A stretch of DNA of 64,000 nucleotides from Camelus ferus (Eukaryota). This document shows positions 37,630 to 51,101 of the stretch, piece after piece. Every line of letters starts with the position of its first letter. Position 1 is the first letter of the stretch. The stretch is from positions 3,412,001-3,476,000 of the forward strand of contig NC_045697.1 of assembly GCF_009834535.1 (NCBI RefSeq), read 5' to 3'. Both the position numbers and the translations under genes were made by a program. Below the pieces are notes generated by a model, which saw nothing but the letters and a program-made list of their open reading frames with translations, made no database searches and was not told where the DNA came from.

Positions 37630-40339
37630 TCCTCCTCCCATGGTAACGTGGAAAAGGAGGTGAACAGGGGCCTGAGGGGGGCCTGGGGGAAGGGGATGGG
37701 GGAGGGAGGGAGTGGAGGTTTTCTAGGGCCCTGTCCTTGGAAAGCCTGGGGGTGGGTATTAAGATGATGGTAAGGATGGAGTCTGAGGGGTTGATTCTGG
37801 GAGGGACTAATCCCATGGATGCATGCTATAGACCAGTGAGCTGTGCCTCATGGTATTCTGGGCTTGTTTTTGGTTGGACATCCCCAGTTCTCTCAGAACA
37901 CTTCCCACCTGCTTTCCTCAATGACTGTCCATCCATCAACCCATCTTTCCATCCATCCATCCTTCGATCCTTTCATCACCACCCACCTGCCCATCCACCT
38001 GTCCATCTATCCATCTGTCCATCCCTCCTTCTTCCTTCCTTCCTTCTGTCCAACTCAAACACCACACGTTACTGGGTCCCTGCTCTGTGCCTGGCCCTGG
38101 GCTGGGCTTTGAGGGGGGACCCGGAGATGCCTTGGAGAGTCTCTGCCCCCAGGAGCACAGGGGATGTCTGATAAGTGACCGAGGGAGCCTTTGAGATGCT
38201 CTCCCAGTAACCACCTGCATGAAAAGTCTCCTCTGGGGCCTGTTTCCACCATTGTTGTGTCTCCCAGCTCTCGGAACCCACTCCTGGGGGGATTCCAGAA
38301 TGTGGTGTCCTTCACAGGGGCCCGAGAATGAATCTGTGGGGCCCACGCTGCGGCCCACGTTGGGCGCATCACATATGCCGCCTCCCCTGGACCCACTAAA
38401 GAAGACTGTGTGTGTGATTTGGGCCCGGGGTGATGTCAGTTCTCTGTTCTCCTCCCCATTAAGGAGATTTTCTTCTGAGGACAGTTTCTTACCAGGAAAG
38501 GGGCCAAAGCTTGTCTGAATTTTCTGCATCTGAATATCTGGGGGAGAAGCAGATGGCTGACGCTGGAATTCCAGACAGTGAGGGAGGGGAGCTCAATTTT
38601 CCAGCACCAGGAAGAAACAGGCTGTCTGGCCTTCGCCCTTCCCTGTTCGCACCTGCCTTCCAGCCTCCAGAGCATCGCCACCTTCACTGGGGGCGCCCAG
38701 ACCGTGTCTGCAGAAACACTCCCCAGAGTCCATCTCTCCATTTGTCCCTCTGGGCGGGGCCTCTGGTTCTCCTTCTGCACCTATAACTCTGCCTCTGTCT
38801 CTGAGGGTCTCTCCACAGGTTTAGCACTGTCCTTGCCTCTCTTGGTCTGTCTGTCTGTCTCTCTCTCCATGAGCCATTCACTGCTTCATTCACCCCTGCC
38901 ACCCTCCCTGTCCCCTTTCTCCTAGGGTCATCTCAGGAGCAGACGTCCCATGACAGAAAGGTCTGGGGACAATGTGTGGCATCTCCCTTGGCCGCAGGGA
39001 AGCAGGAGACCATCCTGCAGTGCTCCGGATCCCAAGGAGCTGACAGACGCTCTGGAGGAGCAGTGGGATGATCACTGAACAGAGTGAGTGTCCAGTGCCG
39101 GGTACGCTGTGTGCTCTGAATGGAAGAATAAGCAGCAGAGTCATGGGGGAGGGGTATTTCAGGCAAAGTGGCCCAGGACGCTCTCCTCAAAGAAAGGACA
39201 TTTGAACAGAGAACTAGGATGCATCCAGGAGTCCATGTGGGTATTTGGAAACGAGTAGCACGTGCAAAGGCCCTGAGGTGGGACTCCACACCCAGGATGC
39301 ATTTCCTGGACACGCTGCCTATGGAACAGGACACATCTCCCCAGCCCCTTGCTCACAGCCATTGGATTCCAGGGACCTGGAATTGGCCTATATCATGAAG
39401 CCAGGGCCCTTCAGATTTCAACCTCAGCCAGTCTGGCCAATGTGGTAACCGAAGGGCTGGTGACAGGGCAAGGCACCCTCGGGGGGGAGTCAGCAGGCAG
39501 ACGCCGCACACACAGAAGCTGCTGACAGCGGGGAGGGCTGGAGCACCATCCTGTCTTGGGCTGCAAGGAGGACCCTCCCAGCCAGGACTCCGGAACATTC
39601 AGCAGGGGCCCTTCCTCCTGCCCAGCCTCCCCTGCCAGCCCCAGTCAGGTGCGGTCCTGCCACCCCTTGGGAAGGGAAGGCTTTGTGTCCACGTCACTCT
39701 CAATCTGGGGCTGTGAACATAGCAAGGCTGTGAAACTGATCAGACCGCTGGTGGGAACCCGCTTCGCACTAGACCTCCGCACTCTCTTCAGACCCCACAG
39801 CCACACTAATAAGGCAAATAAACACGGCATTTAAAGATCAGAGGCGCCGCGGTTACAGCCTATTAAGTTAAATTCACCATCAAGGGCCAGAGAGAAGACA
39901 GACTGGGATTAGTCTAGTGGCAATTAAAAAAAGAAGAAGAAACAAAGGAGTGTTTTGGGAGGGAGGTGATGTCGCGGTCCGCGGAGCAGTGACGGCGGGT
40001 GCCGGCAGCTGGCAGGAGCTCGTGGTGTGGCAGGGCAGTGCTGGGCCTCCTGCGACAGAGCCTCTGTGGGACACAGCCCGTCAGGGTGGGGAGGCTGAGC
40101 CTTCTCCTCCGAGCCCAGCGGGGTCATTGCCAAGAGGTGAGCGCGGCCTTCCCGGCGTCACCGCAAGGCGTTCCCTCTTCTCACCCTACGCAGCCTCCCT
40201 CAGCCCGCAAAGCCCTCTTCCTGGTGGTTTATCCGGCCCTTTTGAAGCTTGACGTCTCCCATCTGTGAAATGGGCACGAGAGGCATGCCCTCCATGTCTT
40301 CCTCAAAGTCCTCCCGTCTGTGCGGACGAGAACAGACTT

Positions 40340-40860
40340 GGCAGCGTTTTGCTGGTTGTGCCGCAGTCCTTCTGTTTCCCTCCAAATCCATCCCCTGACC
40401 CCGCCTTGCTTTGAGCCATGGGAGCCAGACCCCCGTCCCAGGCCGGCCGTCCATCTACCAGCCGACTTCCTCTTGGGCTCAGCCAATGGGAGGCCCCAGT
40501 GGGAGGCTGGAGGGCGGGTGGAGGGAGAAGCCAGGGTACCTCTCCCTCGGCCCTCCACCTCCTGTGTGTCTCCAGCAGAGGCTGCATCTGCTCCTGCTCC
40601 TGCTCCAGCTCCCACCGGACAGGCCCACCTAGATTCTGACTCCTGCTGGGCCGTGGCTCCTGAGCTGGAGGACCACCGCCCTCTCCCTGCATGCTCCACC
40701 CCAGAGGAGGCAGTGAACCCCGCAGTCCTCATCTCCGGGCTGCCTCCCTGCCCCTGGTGGCTCCTCGGCCTCACCCATCACCAGGTAACCCACTCTCTGC
40801 CGGCCTCCTGTCTGGAGTGTATGCAGTCCCTACAGACATCACTGTGACCCACGGTGTTCC
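40340..40860. mobile_element. LTR33-like ERVL LTR remnant
   Basis: The stretch cttcctcttgggctcagccaatgggaggccccagtgggaggctggagggcgggtggagggagaagccagggtac matches my recollection of the LTR33 core. Confidence 0.6.
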
Positions 40861-41899
40861 TGTGTGTGCTCACCGTGTCCGCCGTGGCCCAGGCCCCCTT
40901 CCCTGCTGTGCTCAGGGTGACACGCATGCCCAGGAACATGCTTTCCTGACAGCTCACGTGCGGACTTCCCGCTGGCCCTGCTAGACTCCAGCCCTATCCC
41001 CCCTTCCCCACTTTGCTTTCCTTCTGTAATATTCTCTGTTGCTTTTGATCAGCATCAGGCCCCTGTTCTATCCTTTGGGCCTCTCCTCAGAGTTTCGGCA
41101 CAGGGTGCAGCCCCCTGGCTTTTTACATGCAATGAAAATAGATTTGTTGTTTAATTTCTGATTATAGAAACTGCACTTGTGCATTGTAGCAACCAGAGTA
41201 TTGCACACGCATATGAGCAAAGAAGGATAAACAGTCTGAAATGCCATCACCGTGACGCAACCACAACTGTAGGCGAGTTGGTGAGTGGGGACTGGGGTCT
41301 ACTCCTTACGCTCCTCCCTCCCTCCCTCCCTCTCTATGCCTTTTATAAAATCCAGCCTCCCCCAACCCCTGCCCAGAGAGCTTCCCTTCACCCGCTCCCA
41401 GATAAGCAAGCCAGAACAAGCATCCCAACAGAGGACCCCCACCCCCGGGGTCTCCCCAAGCTCACATGTAAGCACACACAAATGGAAACACCTGGGTGGC
41501 TGTCTGTTTTCTCACTTAATAACACAAAGTAGAAGCCCCTCCAGATCTGAGGACACCGCCCCACCACGGCTGCCCAAGGCTCCCTGGAGCGGGTGCACAT
41601 CCCCTTGGCCCCCTGTCTATAGGCACCCACTTTGCTCCCCATTGTCCGTGATTATTTTTGTCCTTATCAGCCATGCTGGATGTAAGAAACATCCCCGCCA
41701 ATAGAACCTTAAACGTGGCTGCTTTCACTGTTCCAGGAGAGACCATGGGAGTGGGACTGAGGACTACATGTCTCTCCAGGTGGCGGTGTTGCTAGCGGCT
41801 GTCCCCGCCGGGAACATGAGGGACGCTTGCCTGCTCTACTCCAACCCTTCCCCAAAGCTCAGTGGGGAGAGGCGTCTCCTCTCTCTCTCTTTTGTGCCT

Positions 41900-42760
41900 C
41901 TTTGATTGGTGATTAGAAAGTGGCAAAGTCCTCACTTTACTTTGCATCTTCCTGCTTCCTGGAGACTGAGTATCCTTCCCCAGGTGACTGGCTTCACCAG
42001 GTAATTCTGCTATCGTGTCAGTATCCACCCCCCCCCCATTCTGCTTCTCTTCAAATCCCTCTGCTAGCCCCTTACAAAAGCTTTCTAGAAACATATCACA
42101 GATACTTATCATTCAACATTAACCCTGTCCTTATCAGAACTGTTGCATTTCTCATTAATCCATTTTATTTTTTGTTGATTTTAGTTACAGTGTTTTTGTT
42201 TTACATGCAATTGTGTTTTATGCATCAAATATGTCTACATTTTCTCTTATAAATTCTGGGTTCCCTATCTTGTTTAAATGACCACATGTATCCTCCTTGC
42301 TTATAATATTTGGATTTTTTAACTTTCATTTCTTTGACATGTCTGAGATTTATTTGGGCACGTGGTTTCGACCTGGAGATCCAATCCCGTGCTCCCACCT
42401 AGTACTTCACCAAAGACAGGACACAAGTGGTTATGTTTTTGTTTTTTTCCCATTGGAAGTACCAAATGGGCCAGTGACATCTTCTCCCCACTGATTTGAA
42501 AAACCACCTTCCTCGTTAATTCTCGCTGTCTGTCAGCAAGTGTGTGTCCATTGGAGTCTATGAGCGAGGCTCATTCAGCCACTGACAGACCATCTACTTC
42601 CGAGGGCAACTGCTCTAAGATAAGTTTTAACAGCTTCTAAATGAGTTCCCCTTCTTTGGTTTCTTTTTCTATTTTTAGAAATTTTTGCTATTCTTAAATA
42701 CCTATCCTTCCACGTAAACTTTAAGAGAATTTTATCCACATTCATTTGTATACAGTAAAA
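41900..42760 (-). mobile_element. Highly decayed L1ME remnant
   Basis: AT/T-rich tract with L1ME-like pieces (tccccactgatttgaaaaaccacctt; gctattctt...tccttccacgtaaactttaagagaattttatc). Confidence 0.55.
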
Positions 42761-45700
42761 ATACGCAAGCCTGAGGTTAAATAAATGTTGGGTCTAAAAG
42801 GCCACACAATCCTTGATAAAGCCAAAAATGCTCAGACACACACTTAATTCTAATAGTCACGACTTCCTGCCAACTATCACGGGTTTTTGTGGTTTTTGGG
42901 GGGAACAATTAGATGCTGGTGTATTCATTGGTTCGAGGGACCCACGAAAAATCGGCTAATGTGGAGGGAATGTTCCTAAACTGTTTACACAGTAGATTGA
43001 TGTGGCTTTCAGCTTACGGCACTTACTCGCGCGGCTTTGCTTTGTAGCTAAGTGTTGAGGGGTGAGTGTCTAGTTCTCTCCTAAGATCTGTTTCAGGCTC
43101 TGCTGCCTCCAGGAAGCCCTCCCTGACCACATTAAGTCTCACATAATGTTTTTCAGGCTCCGACTCAACACAGTAGAGAGGACTCCTCTTCCCATTGTTG
43201 TGTCAATCACACCTTCCAACAGCACTCTGAGGTCAGCAGTAAGGACATACCCTTTAGAGACAGAAGCTTGGAGGCTCAGAGAGGGGAAATGAGCAGCCCA
43301 GGGACTCACAGCCAGCTCATGGCTCACTCACACCGCTGCTCATCTCACAACCCTAACAGAGTAAGCTCTCAGTAATACCAGCTGATGAATGAATGGGCGA
43401 ATGGCTGGACGGACACACAGATAAAGCAATTCTCTCTGCAGCTGCTGGAATCTGCTAAGTGGAGAAATACAAATCCATTGCCATGGGAAACAGGGAGTTA
43501 ATATTTTCTCCACCAACAGAGCAAACACAATGTGCCAAATGGAGCTGGATGCCAAGTATTTACCACAGGCCACAGCCTCCACTGTTGGCATCTTCAGGCC
43601 TCATTAGACGCAGACCATAGCAGCCTCCTGCACTTTGGTGGGAGTTGTCTGTTCAGATTAGAGAAAGCTCCTTTTCCCCCACACTGTTTCCTGGGGTTCA
43701 AGCAAGTAAGACACCATGGCTGACAGCAGATGTAGCCCTGGACTGTCCCCAGTTGTTCCTGCTGGCTTCCAGTGGCCTCCCCACTCCAAATTACCCCCTG
43801 ACTAGGGAGTGGGGATTTAACCCTTAGCTGGGTGCCCCACGGCCGTGTCCTCTGCCTGGTATCCTGGCAACACCTCTGGGAAGTAGGCGCCATTACCCCC
43901 ATTTTACAGATGGACAAATGGAGGCACAGAGGAGTTAGGGGTTCCTACGCTCCCCAGCAGGATCTGCTCTTAAGTGTCATCCATGGGCCATCGCCTAATC
44001 TTTAGTTCTAGAAGGACAGGACCACAATCACCCCATTTTCCTATGAGAAAATTATTGACTCACGAAGGTCACATGGCAGAACCGTGCTTCTGACTCGGAG
44101 CCTGCCGCGAACACCCTCACCGTGCAGCCACTGGGAGAGATGCCCTCACCAGGCCGAGCTCTGCGTGCTGACCACTTCCACGTAGGATTTTTCTTCCTCT
44201 CTACAACCCCAGCAAAGTGGGCTGGTCTACATGGACCATTCAACTGTCCCAGGGCTGACCAGGGACAACGTAGGTGGCAGTTGTGGGAGGTGGGGTGTGG
44301 GGTGTGGTGCCAGCCGTGGGGGTCTGCCAGGTGAGCAGAGCAGGAGACCAGCAGGGCCAGGAGCTGCCTTTGGGAACCAGCACAAGGTGGGAGGGGACAG
44401 TGGTGCCTGCAGGATCTGAGATGTGAAGGGACAGGGAGAGGCTGAGACTCCTGAAGAGAAGAGGCCAGGCTGGGGTCCAGTGGGGGTAGGGTTGTTGGGC
44501 CCCTCCTGGTGTGGGGTGGACCAAGCTGGCTTCACAGGCACACAGGCTAGATATGGGCTGTCTCCTGGGGCTGATGAGACAGTTCACTGCAGTCAGGCTG
44601 TAGGTCACCTGTGTTGGCCCCTGGGGAGCACACGGTCACTTCCACCTGTGTCTGCACCTCTTCTGTGACCACCTCCATCCCCATCTCCAGTCTGTGCCAG
44701 CATCTCCCCTGTACCTCCGTCTACACCGTCTCCGTCTGTTTCTGTATCAGTAGCTGTATCTGCATCTCAATTTCCAGCTCCAGCTCTGTCTCCAGCTCCA
44801 GGACCATCTGTATTTCCACCATCAGCTCCATCTCCTCTCCTGTATCTGTACGCACTAGATTCAAGTCAGCGTCATTACCACCTTCGTATTTCTAGAAGAT
44901 GATGACACTGTACCAAGGCTCTGTTGCTTTATTTCTAAGCAGGTGGTTTCACCACTTTCAATCAGCCAGGAATCCCAAGGCCATGAACGTGGGGGACATA
45001 CATCTGGATTTTTTTCTCTTTTGAGGTTGGATTTCCCTGCTCTACCAAGTAACAGTTTTCCTATTTGGGGCTTCTCAAAAGATGACTAAGATACTATATA
45101 AAAGTTTATGTAAAGCATATATTTTTAAAAAATATATTATTAGTTTTTGAATTCCCCAGCCCCTCAGGTGAGTTTGGGCTCCCACGCAGAGACAGGCCTG
45201 TGATCTAAGTGCCAGGATGTTATTACTGGCAGCCTCTCTGCTCGGCTGTTTAATTTTAAAACATGAAATTGGGTGGACCTTGTCCAATAAATGCACTGAG
45301 ACATAAAGGAGTAGCCAGATATTTTTTTCAAAAAAGCGAAATGGCATTTAAATAGGCTGCCCATCCCATGGGTCACTGACATCCTAATGGTTTTATAGGA
45401 TTCTTTTCTCCCTCAATTGCTGAGGCTGAAGAAATAAACCTGTGTCTGTATCTCTCCCTGTACCTTGAAGTAAACTGGGTCAGTGGGCGGCCTCAGGGCG
45501 AAGGGCCAGCCTCTCCTCATGCACAGTGAGCTTGAGCACGAGGGTCAACTGGGCAACCTGGCTTTAAATTCCAGCTTTACCCCTTCCGGGCAAGTGGCCT
45601 TGGGCAAGTCCCTTCCTTTCTCTGCACCCCACGTGTGCTCCCTGTCCTCAGGGTGTTATGGGCCAGAAGGGAGACAGACCTGTAAGTGGGAGTCACAGGG

Positions 45701-46179
45701 AGGGATGCGGTGACAGCAGGGAAGGTGCCAGGGGTGGGCCCACAGGTAAAACAACTGGGTTCATGCAGCCCCTTCTTATAAACAGGAGGAACCATTCTGA
45801 TCAGACCCTTGACCGTCCCATTTTCACATTTTGATGGCGTTCATTTGCATTCACATACACTGTCCCTTTGAGAACAGAGACTGCTGCTCGGCTCAGGGTT
45901 CAGAATTGGTGACCAGCCTGTGGGGACCAGTATGGCCACAGGATTCTCTTCCCCCACAAGGAGAAGTCGTCCTCAGACGCAAAAGCTAGGGATGGTTTGT
46001 GAGCCCTGTGAGGCCTTGTTCCGACCTCCCCTCTCCCTGTTCCCCCGGAGGCCCCTCTGCTTCTACCCTCACAACACACGTTCCTTGTTTTGGCGGACAC
46101 AGGGGCCTCAAGAGCCAGAGACAGGCTAGAGGCCATCCCCTCACTTACGAGGATGCAGCTGGTAAAATGGGACGATGAC

Positions 46180-47420
46180 AACCCCAGCCGCTCTGGGCTG
46201 CCGCACAATGGACGGAGCGGAGCGTCCACCTCGGGTCCACAGACAGGGAGCTTGATTTCAGGTTCGTCAGACACCCACGCTCGCTGCCGGAGCCCACGCT
46301 CCTTCCAAGGAGATCAGGGTGACTGTTCTTCCAACGTAATTACAGTGGAAATGAAGAAAATCACTAACCCTACCGGCAGGTGTGCAATTAATTTGAGGAA
46401 CTTAATTGTGTCTTCGCGGGGGAGGATCTCCCTGGTCGAGACGTACTTTTAAAAGAGAGAAAGCGGAAGGAGGGGAAATACATCTCCAGATTCCTTCTGT
46501 CTCAAGGCACAGACACAGTAAGACAACACAAAGGTCCCCTTTGTCGGTGGGGACACTGGGGTGCAGAGAAGTCTGCTGCCTTGCCCTGGGCCCAGTTTGG
46601 GCATATTTGGCGCGGAGGAAAGCACTCCAGCCGCAGGGCCCCACGAGGCTCACCGCCAGTCCTGACCGCCCGCGCCAGCCCGGCGCCCTCACCCGAAAGC
46701 CAGGTGGTCAAACCGCACGCGCGCCCCACGACCTGGGCGCTCACGGCTTCACGTCCACCAGCAAACAGAGCGACCAACTCTGAGGGAAGCAGGCGGCCAC
46801 GAACGACAGATAACATCGTCACAGATGTGTCGCTGCTTTTATTTTCCCTCCAAGAAAGAGAAAGATATAAAGGTGAAGGCTACCTGCACCTGGGAACCAA
46901 GACCAAGAACGGAAGAAAGGCTCCAGCCGGAGCGCTGGGGGCCGCGTGGGCTGGCGGCGGTCAGGGCGGAGGGCTGGGCCCCGCCGGGAGAAACGGAGGC
47001 CCAGGCCCGCGGCGGCGGCTGCTGCTGGGGGGAGGGCTCGCCCAGCGGCACAAATCTCAGGGCCCTGGAGAGACACGCGGGTGCCTCTCCCAGGGTTCAG
47101 GTGAGATGAGGGTCCGGGGCGAACTAACGCGTGCACGTTGACGCAGCTGCAGGGGCTCTGAGGGGCGGGCGGGCCGCGGGCCGGGTCTGCAGGCGTTTAT
47201 GCAGGAGTTTCCACGGGAGACCACGGGCCCCGGCTCGTGGCCGGAATTGGGTCTGATGAACCCGAGGTTTAGTTCCAGGTCTTGTTCCGCACAGGCTGCC
47301 ACAGGGCTGGCTTGAGCACTGAGGCTGGAGCCACTGCAGCCCGAAACTGACACCCGGTGGGACATGGGGGACACAGCCCTCCTGCCCCTGCCCTCCGGCC
47401 GCCAGGGTCCTCCCTGAGTC
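46180..47420. promoter_or_regulatory. Intragenic CpG island, candidate alternative or bidirectional promoter
   Basis: CpG density is visibly far above the flanks over more than 1 kb. There is a GC box at 47162, TATAAAG at 46866-46872, and outward-facing splice donors at 46148 (-) and 47101 (+). Confidence 0.7.
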
Positions 47421-50400
47421 ACTGAGACGTGCCCAGGACCCCGACTAAGCCTGTGGTCTTTCCCCAGGAGGCCTCCCGGGCCTTCCGTGTGAGGTCAGTT
47501 CCTCTCCATCACGTCACCAGTTGTCCTCAGGTCTGAGGCCGGGACCCCAGCAACAGATGAGGACTCCAGCGTGGGAAGGTCCTCTGGGAGGTGATCCCAG
47601 GAGGTGCCTGTAGAGGAACAGGGAGGTGGGACGGGAAAGGGTGTGTCAGTAAGAATCACGAGGAGAGCTCAGGGCTGCCGGTCCCCTGCAAGATGGTGTG
47701 GAGCAGGCTGGGAGTGGGGAGGCCGGGGCAGGGACGCCTCCTCTTGCCCTCCTGGTTGGAGGCTCCTCCAGGTGTTACCTCCCAGCCTGCAGGTACTTCC
47801 TGCTGCCCGACAAGCAGCCTGAACAGAGAGAGCCCTCGGGAGGGGCCTGAGTTATTAATGAACAACTGAATAACGTGGCCTGCAAACCAGGGTTACCGGG
47901 GGGCGGCGATGGCCGGCTCGCCACCCACCCCAGGCTGCCTCCTGCTGAGAATACACCAGGCCCCCACACTCCTCCGTCCTTGTCTGCCTGCTGCCCAGCC
48001 AGGCGGGAACCATAGAAAATTGTTTCAAAACTGCCCCTCCTCCCAGGTGCATTTGTCTGCCTTTTCCACAAAGTTCCCGGCAGCCCTCTGGCTTCTACAT
48101 TCCATGACAGTGAATTTTCTGGAAGAGATTGCACAGATCTCCTCTGCCTTCGAAGGTCTGCTTTACACTACTCCACTTCTACGAAAGATCCACCTTAGTA
48201 CCCGTTTCCGCGAACCAAAAGAAATCTGAAGAGGATCTTTGTTTTTACAGAAAAAGAGGTGAAAAGTGAAAATGCCATTCGATGTGCATCTGGCAGCGAG
48301 CTGCCAGAGGCGGCACGCCCAGGGCAGTGAGAGCTGCACCCCAGCACCATCCCCAGAAACCACACTCAGCGTCTCAGCATCCAGGCCCTCGTCGCTGCCA
48401 GAGCTGAGAACCAGGTCTGTCAGCCTCTGTGCTTCGTCCCGAGGTGTTTTGTGCAGGATGTGTCCTAAGGTAATTGCTACTTTGCTTTATGCCATTTTGG
48501 CTCACGGAAGGGTTTGTAGGCACGCTCCCCCTTGGGATAGCACGGAAACCTATATGGGGTCTGGATCCGCCTCTCCCACTAGGCCGTGACCTAGGGCAAG
48601 TCACTGCCCCCGTGAGCCTCAGCTTACCCCTCTGTGCAGTGGGATCGTGGAGGCACCTGTCCCCTTGGGTCGGGTGGGGATGAAATATGTCACTTCCTGA
48701 GCGCAGGGCCTGGCACGGAGCAAGCCCTCACTGCGGCAGGAACCATGACTGTGGGTTAATGGAGAAATCCGACCTTGGATTCTTTGGAGGTGTGGTGTGA
48801 CCTTTGTAACCCTTGGCAGGGACCCAGCCAGGCAACGAGCTCACCGGGGTCAGGCTCTTGCCTGAGGAGCTGGGGTGCTCCTGACGTGAAGTGTAGCAAG
48901 ACGGCCTTGTCCTCCGCTCGGTGTGCCAGGGGTCAGCAGGGTTGGGGGCCCCCCTAGTTTATGAAGCGCTGGGCAAGTCCCAGGCCTCCCAGAGCCTCCG
49001 TCTCCTCATCTGACAATAGCAGCAACCCCACAGGGCTGTGGGGAGGGCCGAACAAGACCCTCCTCTGAGACGCCCACCTGTCCTCACAACACCATCCTTT
49101 CTCTCCATCCCTAAAGGACCAAACAGCTGGACCAAAGGAAGGAGGCCCATCAGAGCATGGCAAGGTAGGATGTGGCTTCCTCACGCCCAAGGCCTTAGCC
49201 ACAGAAACCAGCCGTGGGAAGCTGCTGTCTCTCTCTACCACTCTGACCCTCAGTGTCCTCTTCTACAGAACACCAAGTCATTCACAGCAGTGCTACTTAG
49301 AGTAAACTGGGTCACGTGTACAACAATAAGAGCCCCCACTCGGGTTTTATTCTGTCCCGCTACTCTGTGCAGGTACCACTAACCCGTTGCGCAGGCGCTG
49401 GTACCCAGGTGCACAGCCCGGCACTGCTGGAGAGGCAGCGCGGGCCTCTCTGCTCTATAAAGCCCAGCTGTGTCCGCAGCTGCAGGATGTCCGCAGCCCC
49501 TCGGCCCCTTCCCTGGTCAGCAGGTCCCTCCCTGGGCCAAGTTCCTCTGCCTGGCTCCCCGGGAAGGCCCCCCTTCCAGCCCAGGCCCTTCCCACCCACG
49601 CCTACTTCCTTTCTGTGGCTTTGGCCTTTTCAAATGTGGCCCATGAATAATGAATCCCTGTTATAAATTTAGAAAATGGCCTTTCTCCCTGCAGCTTGGC
49701 CTTTCTCTTTATTTTTATCATGCTGGTTTGCAAGAAAACTACTGATTTCTTGAAAACACATTTTTCCCTCAACTGATTTCCTGACAACCAAAATTAAGTT
49801 GCTAATTTCACAGCATCTGTGCGGAGCCCCACTGGTTGCTGCCCCACGTTGGGGGTTAGGAAAGGGGTGAGGGGCCCCAGGAGCTTTCCAGAAAGTTCTA
49901 ATTCCTGGGGGCTGGAGGTGGGGCAGGGTGGGGTGCTGTGGTGGGAAGGGCCCCGGCCTTGGAGTCAGACATGGGGGGAGCCCTCCCTGGGCATCCCGGG
50001 CAAGTGATTCACTTCTCTGGGCTTTTGGTCCCTTATCTGAGCAACACAGAGGCGAGGACGTTCTTTGCAGGCGTCCTGAGGGAGTTTTGTGACATAAGGA
50101 CGCGGAGATGGGTGGTGGTGCCAGCACAAAGGGGGCCCCACTGCTTCTGTCTCCTCCCTCCCCGCCTTCATACTTTGGACTTCATAAGGCACTAGAGGAA
50201 CCTTCCGGAACACTCTCTAGAAAGTTTGAACTCCCTCCCCCGTCCACTCTCCCCGGCGGGATTTTGGAGTTGACCTGTGCCTCCAGGGTCCCTCTGGGTC
50301 TGGGTATGCTCCCTTTGCGCCAGGCCTCACCCCTTCCCTTCCTGACCCTTCACTCCGCCAGGCCTGGGCAGGGGCCAAAGTCACAGGAAACGGGCGTCAG

Positions 50401-51101
50401 TGGGGGATAACCGAAGGGGATGCCCAGAAAGTCACAAAGCCCTGAGCTACAGAGGGCACCAGCCCAGCCCTCTTCACTGGCCTGTCCTCCCCTCTCCTTC
50501 CCCAACCCCCATCCTCACCCTCTTTCAAGGTCAGCGCCAGAAGCCTTTTCCTGGTGACTTCCCTCATTAATTTAGGCCCTGTCCTCCTCTTGTCCTGGCA
50601 GAGTGACTACCCCCACACTCTACAACATCAGGCTTTCCTTGTCAGCTCCCCCACCCCCGCCTCCAGCCCACCAACTGACACACACTCAGGCTCCAAGAGT
50701 CTCGAGAACTAGGCCCCACCTCAGGCCGCCCACCAGCCCCGCCCGAGTCCTACAGGAGAGCTTATGCCCAGGGCTCAGCACAGCTCCTGGCAGCATGAGC
50801 ACTGGGTGAGCAAACGAATAAACGGGCTAATGAGTAAATGAATCTGAACAGATGCAACTGCCATCCGTGAAGACCTGCCTGGCTGGAGCCTCTGTGCCAC
50901 GCCGTGCTCAAGGCTGCAGGCTCAGACCATGATCCCACCTCTAACCAGCTATGTAGTCTTCACAAGTCACTCAGCCCCTCTGTAAAGGGGAGAGAATACA
51001 GCACAATAAAAGAACCCATTTCAAAGGGCTTCACGGTGAGTGTTAAATCATTCACGTGAGTGAATTAACACAGGGTGAGAGCTCAATAAATGGAGATTGC
51101 T

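Noticed and set aside
44640..44850. Ser/Cys/Ile-rich ORF
   Set aside because: It is a decayed pyrimidine-rich hexamer-like low-complexity tract.
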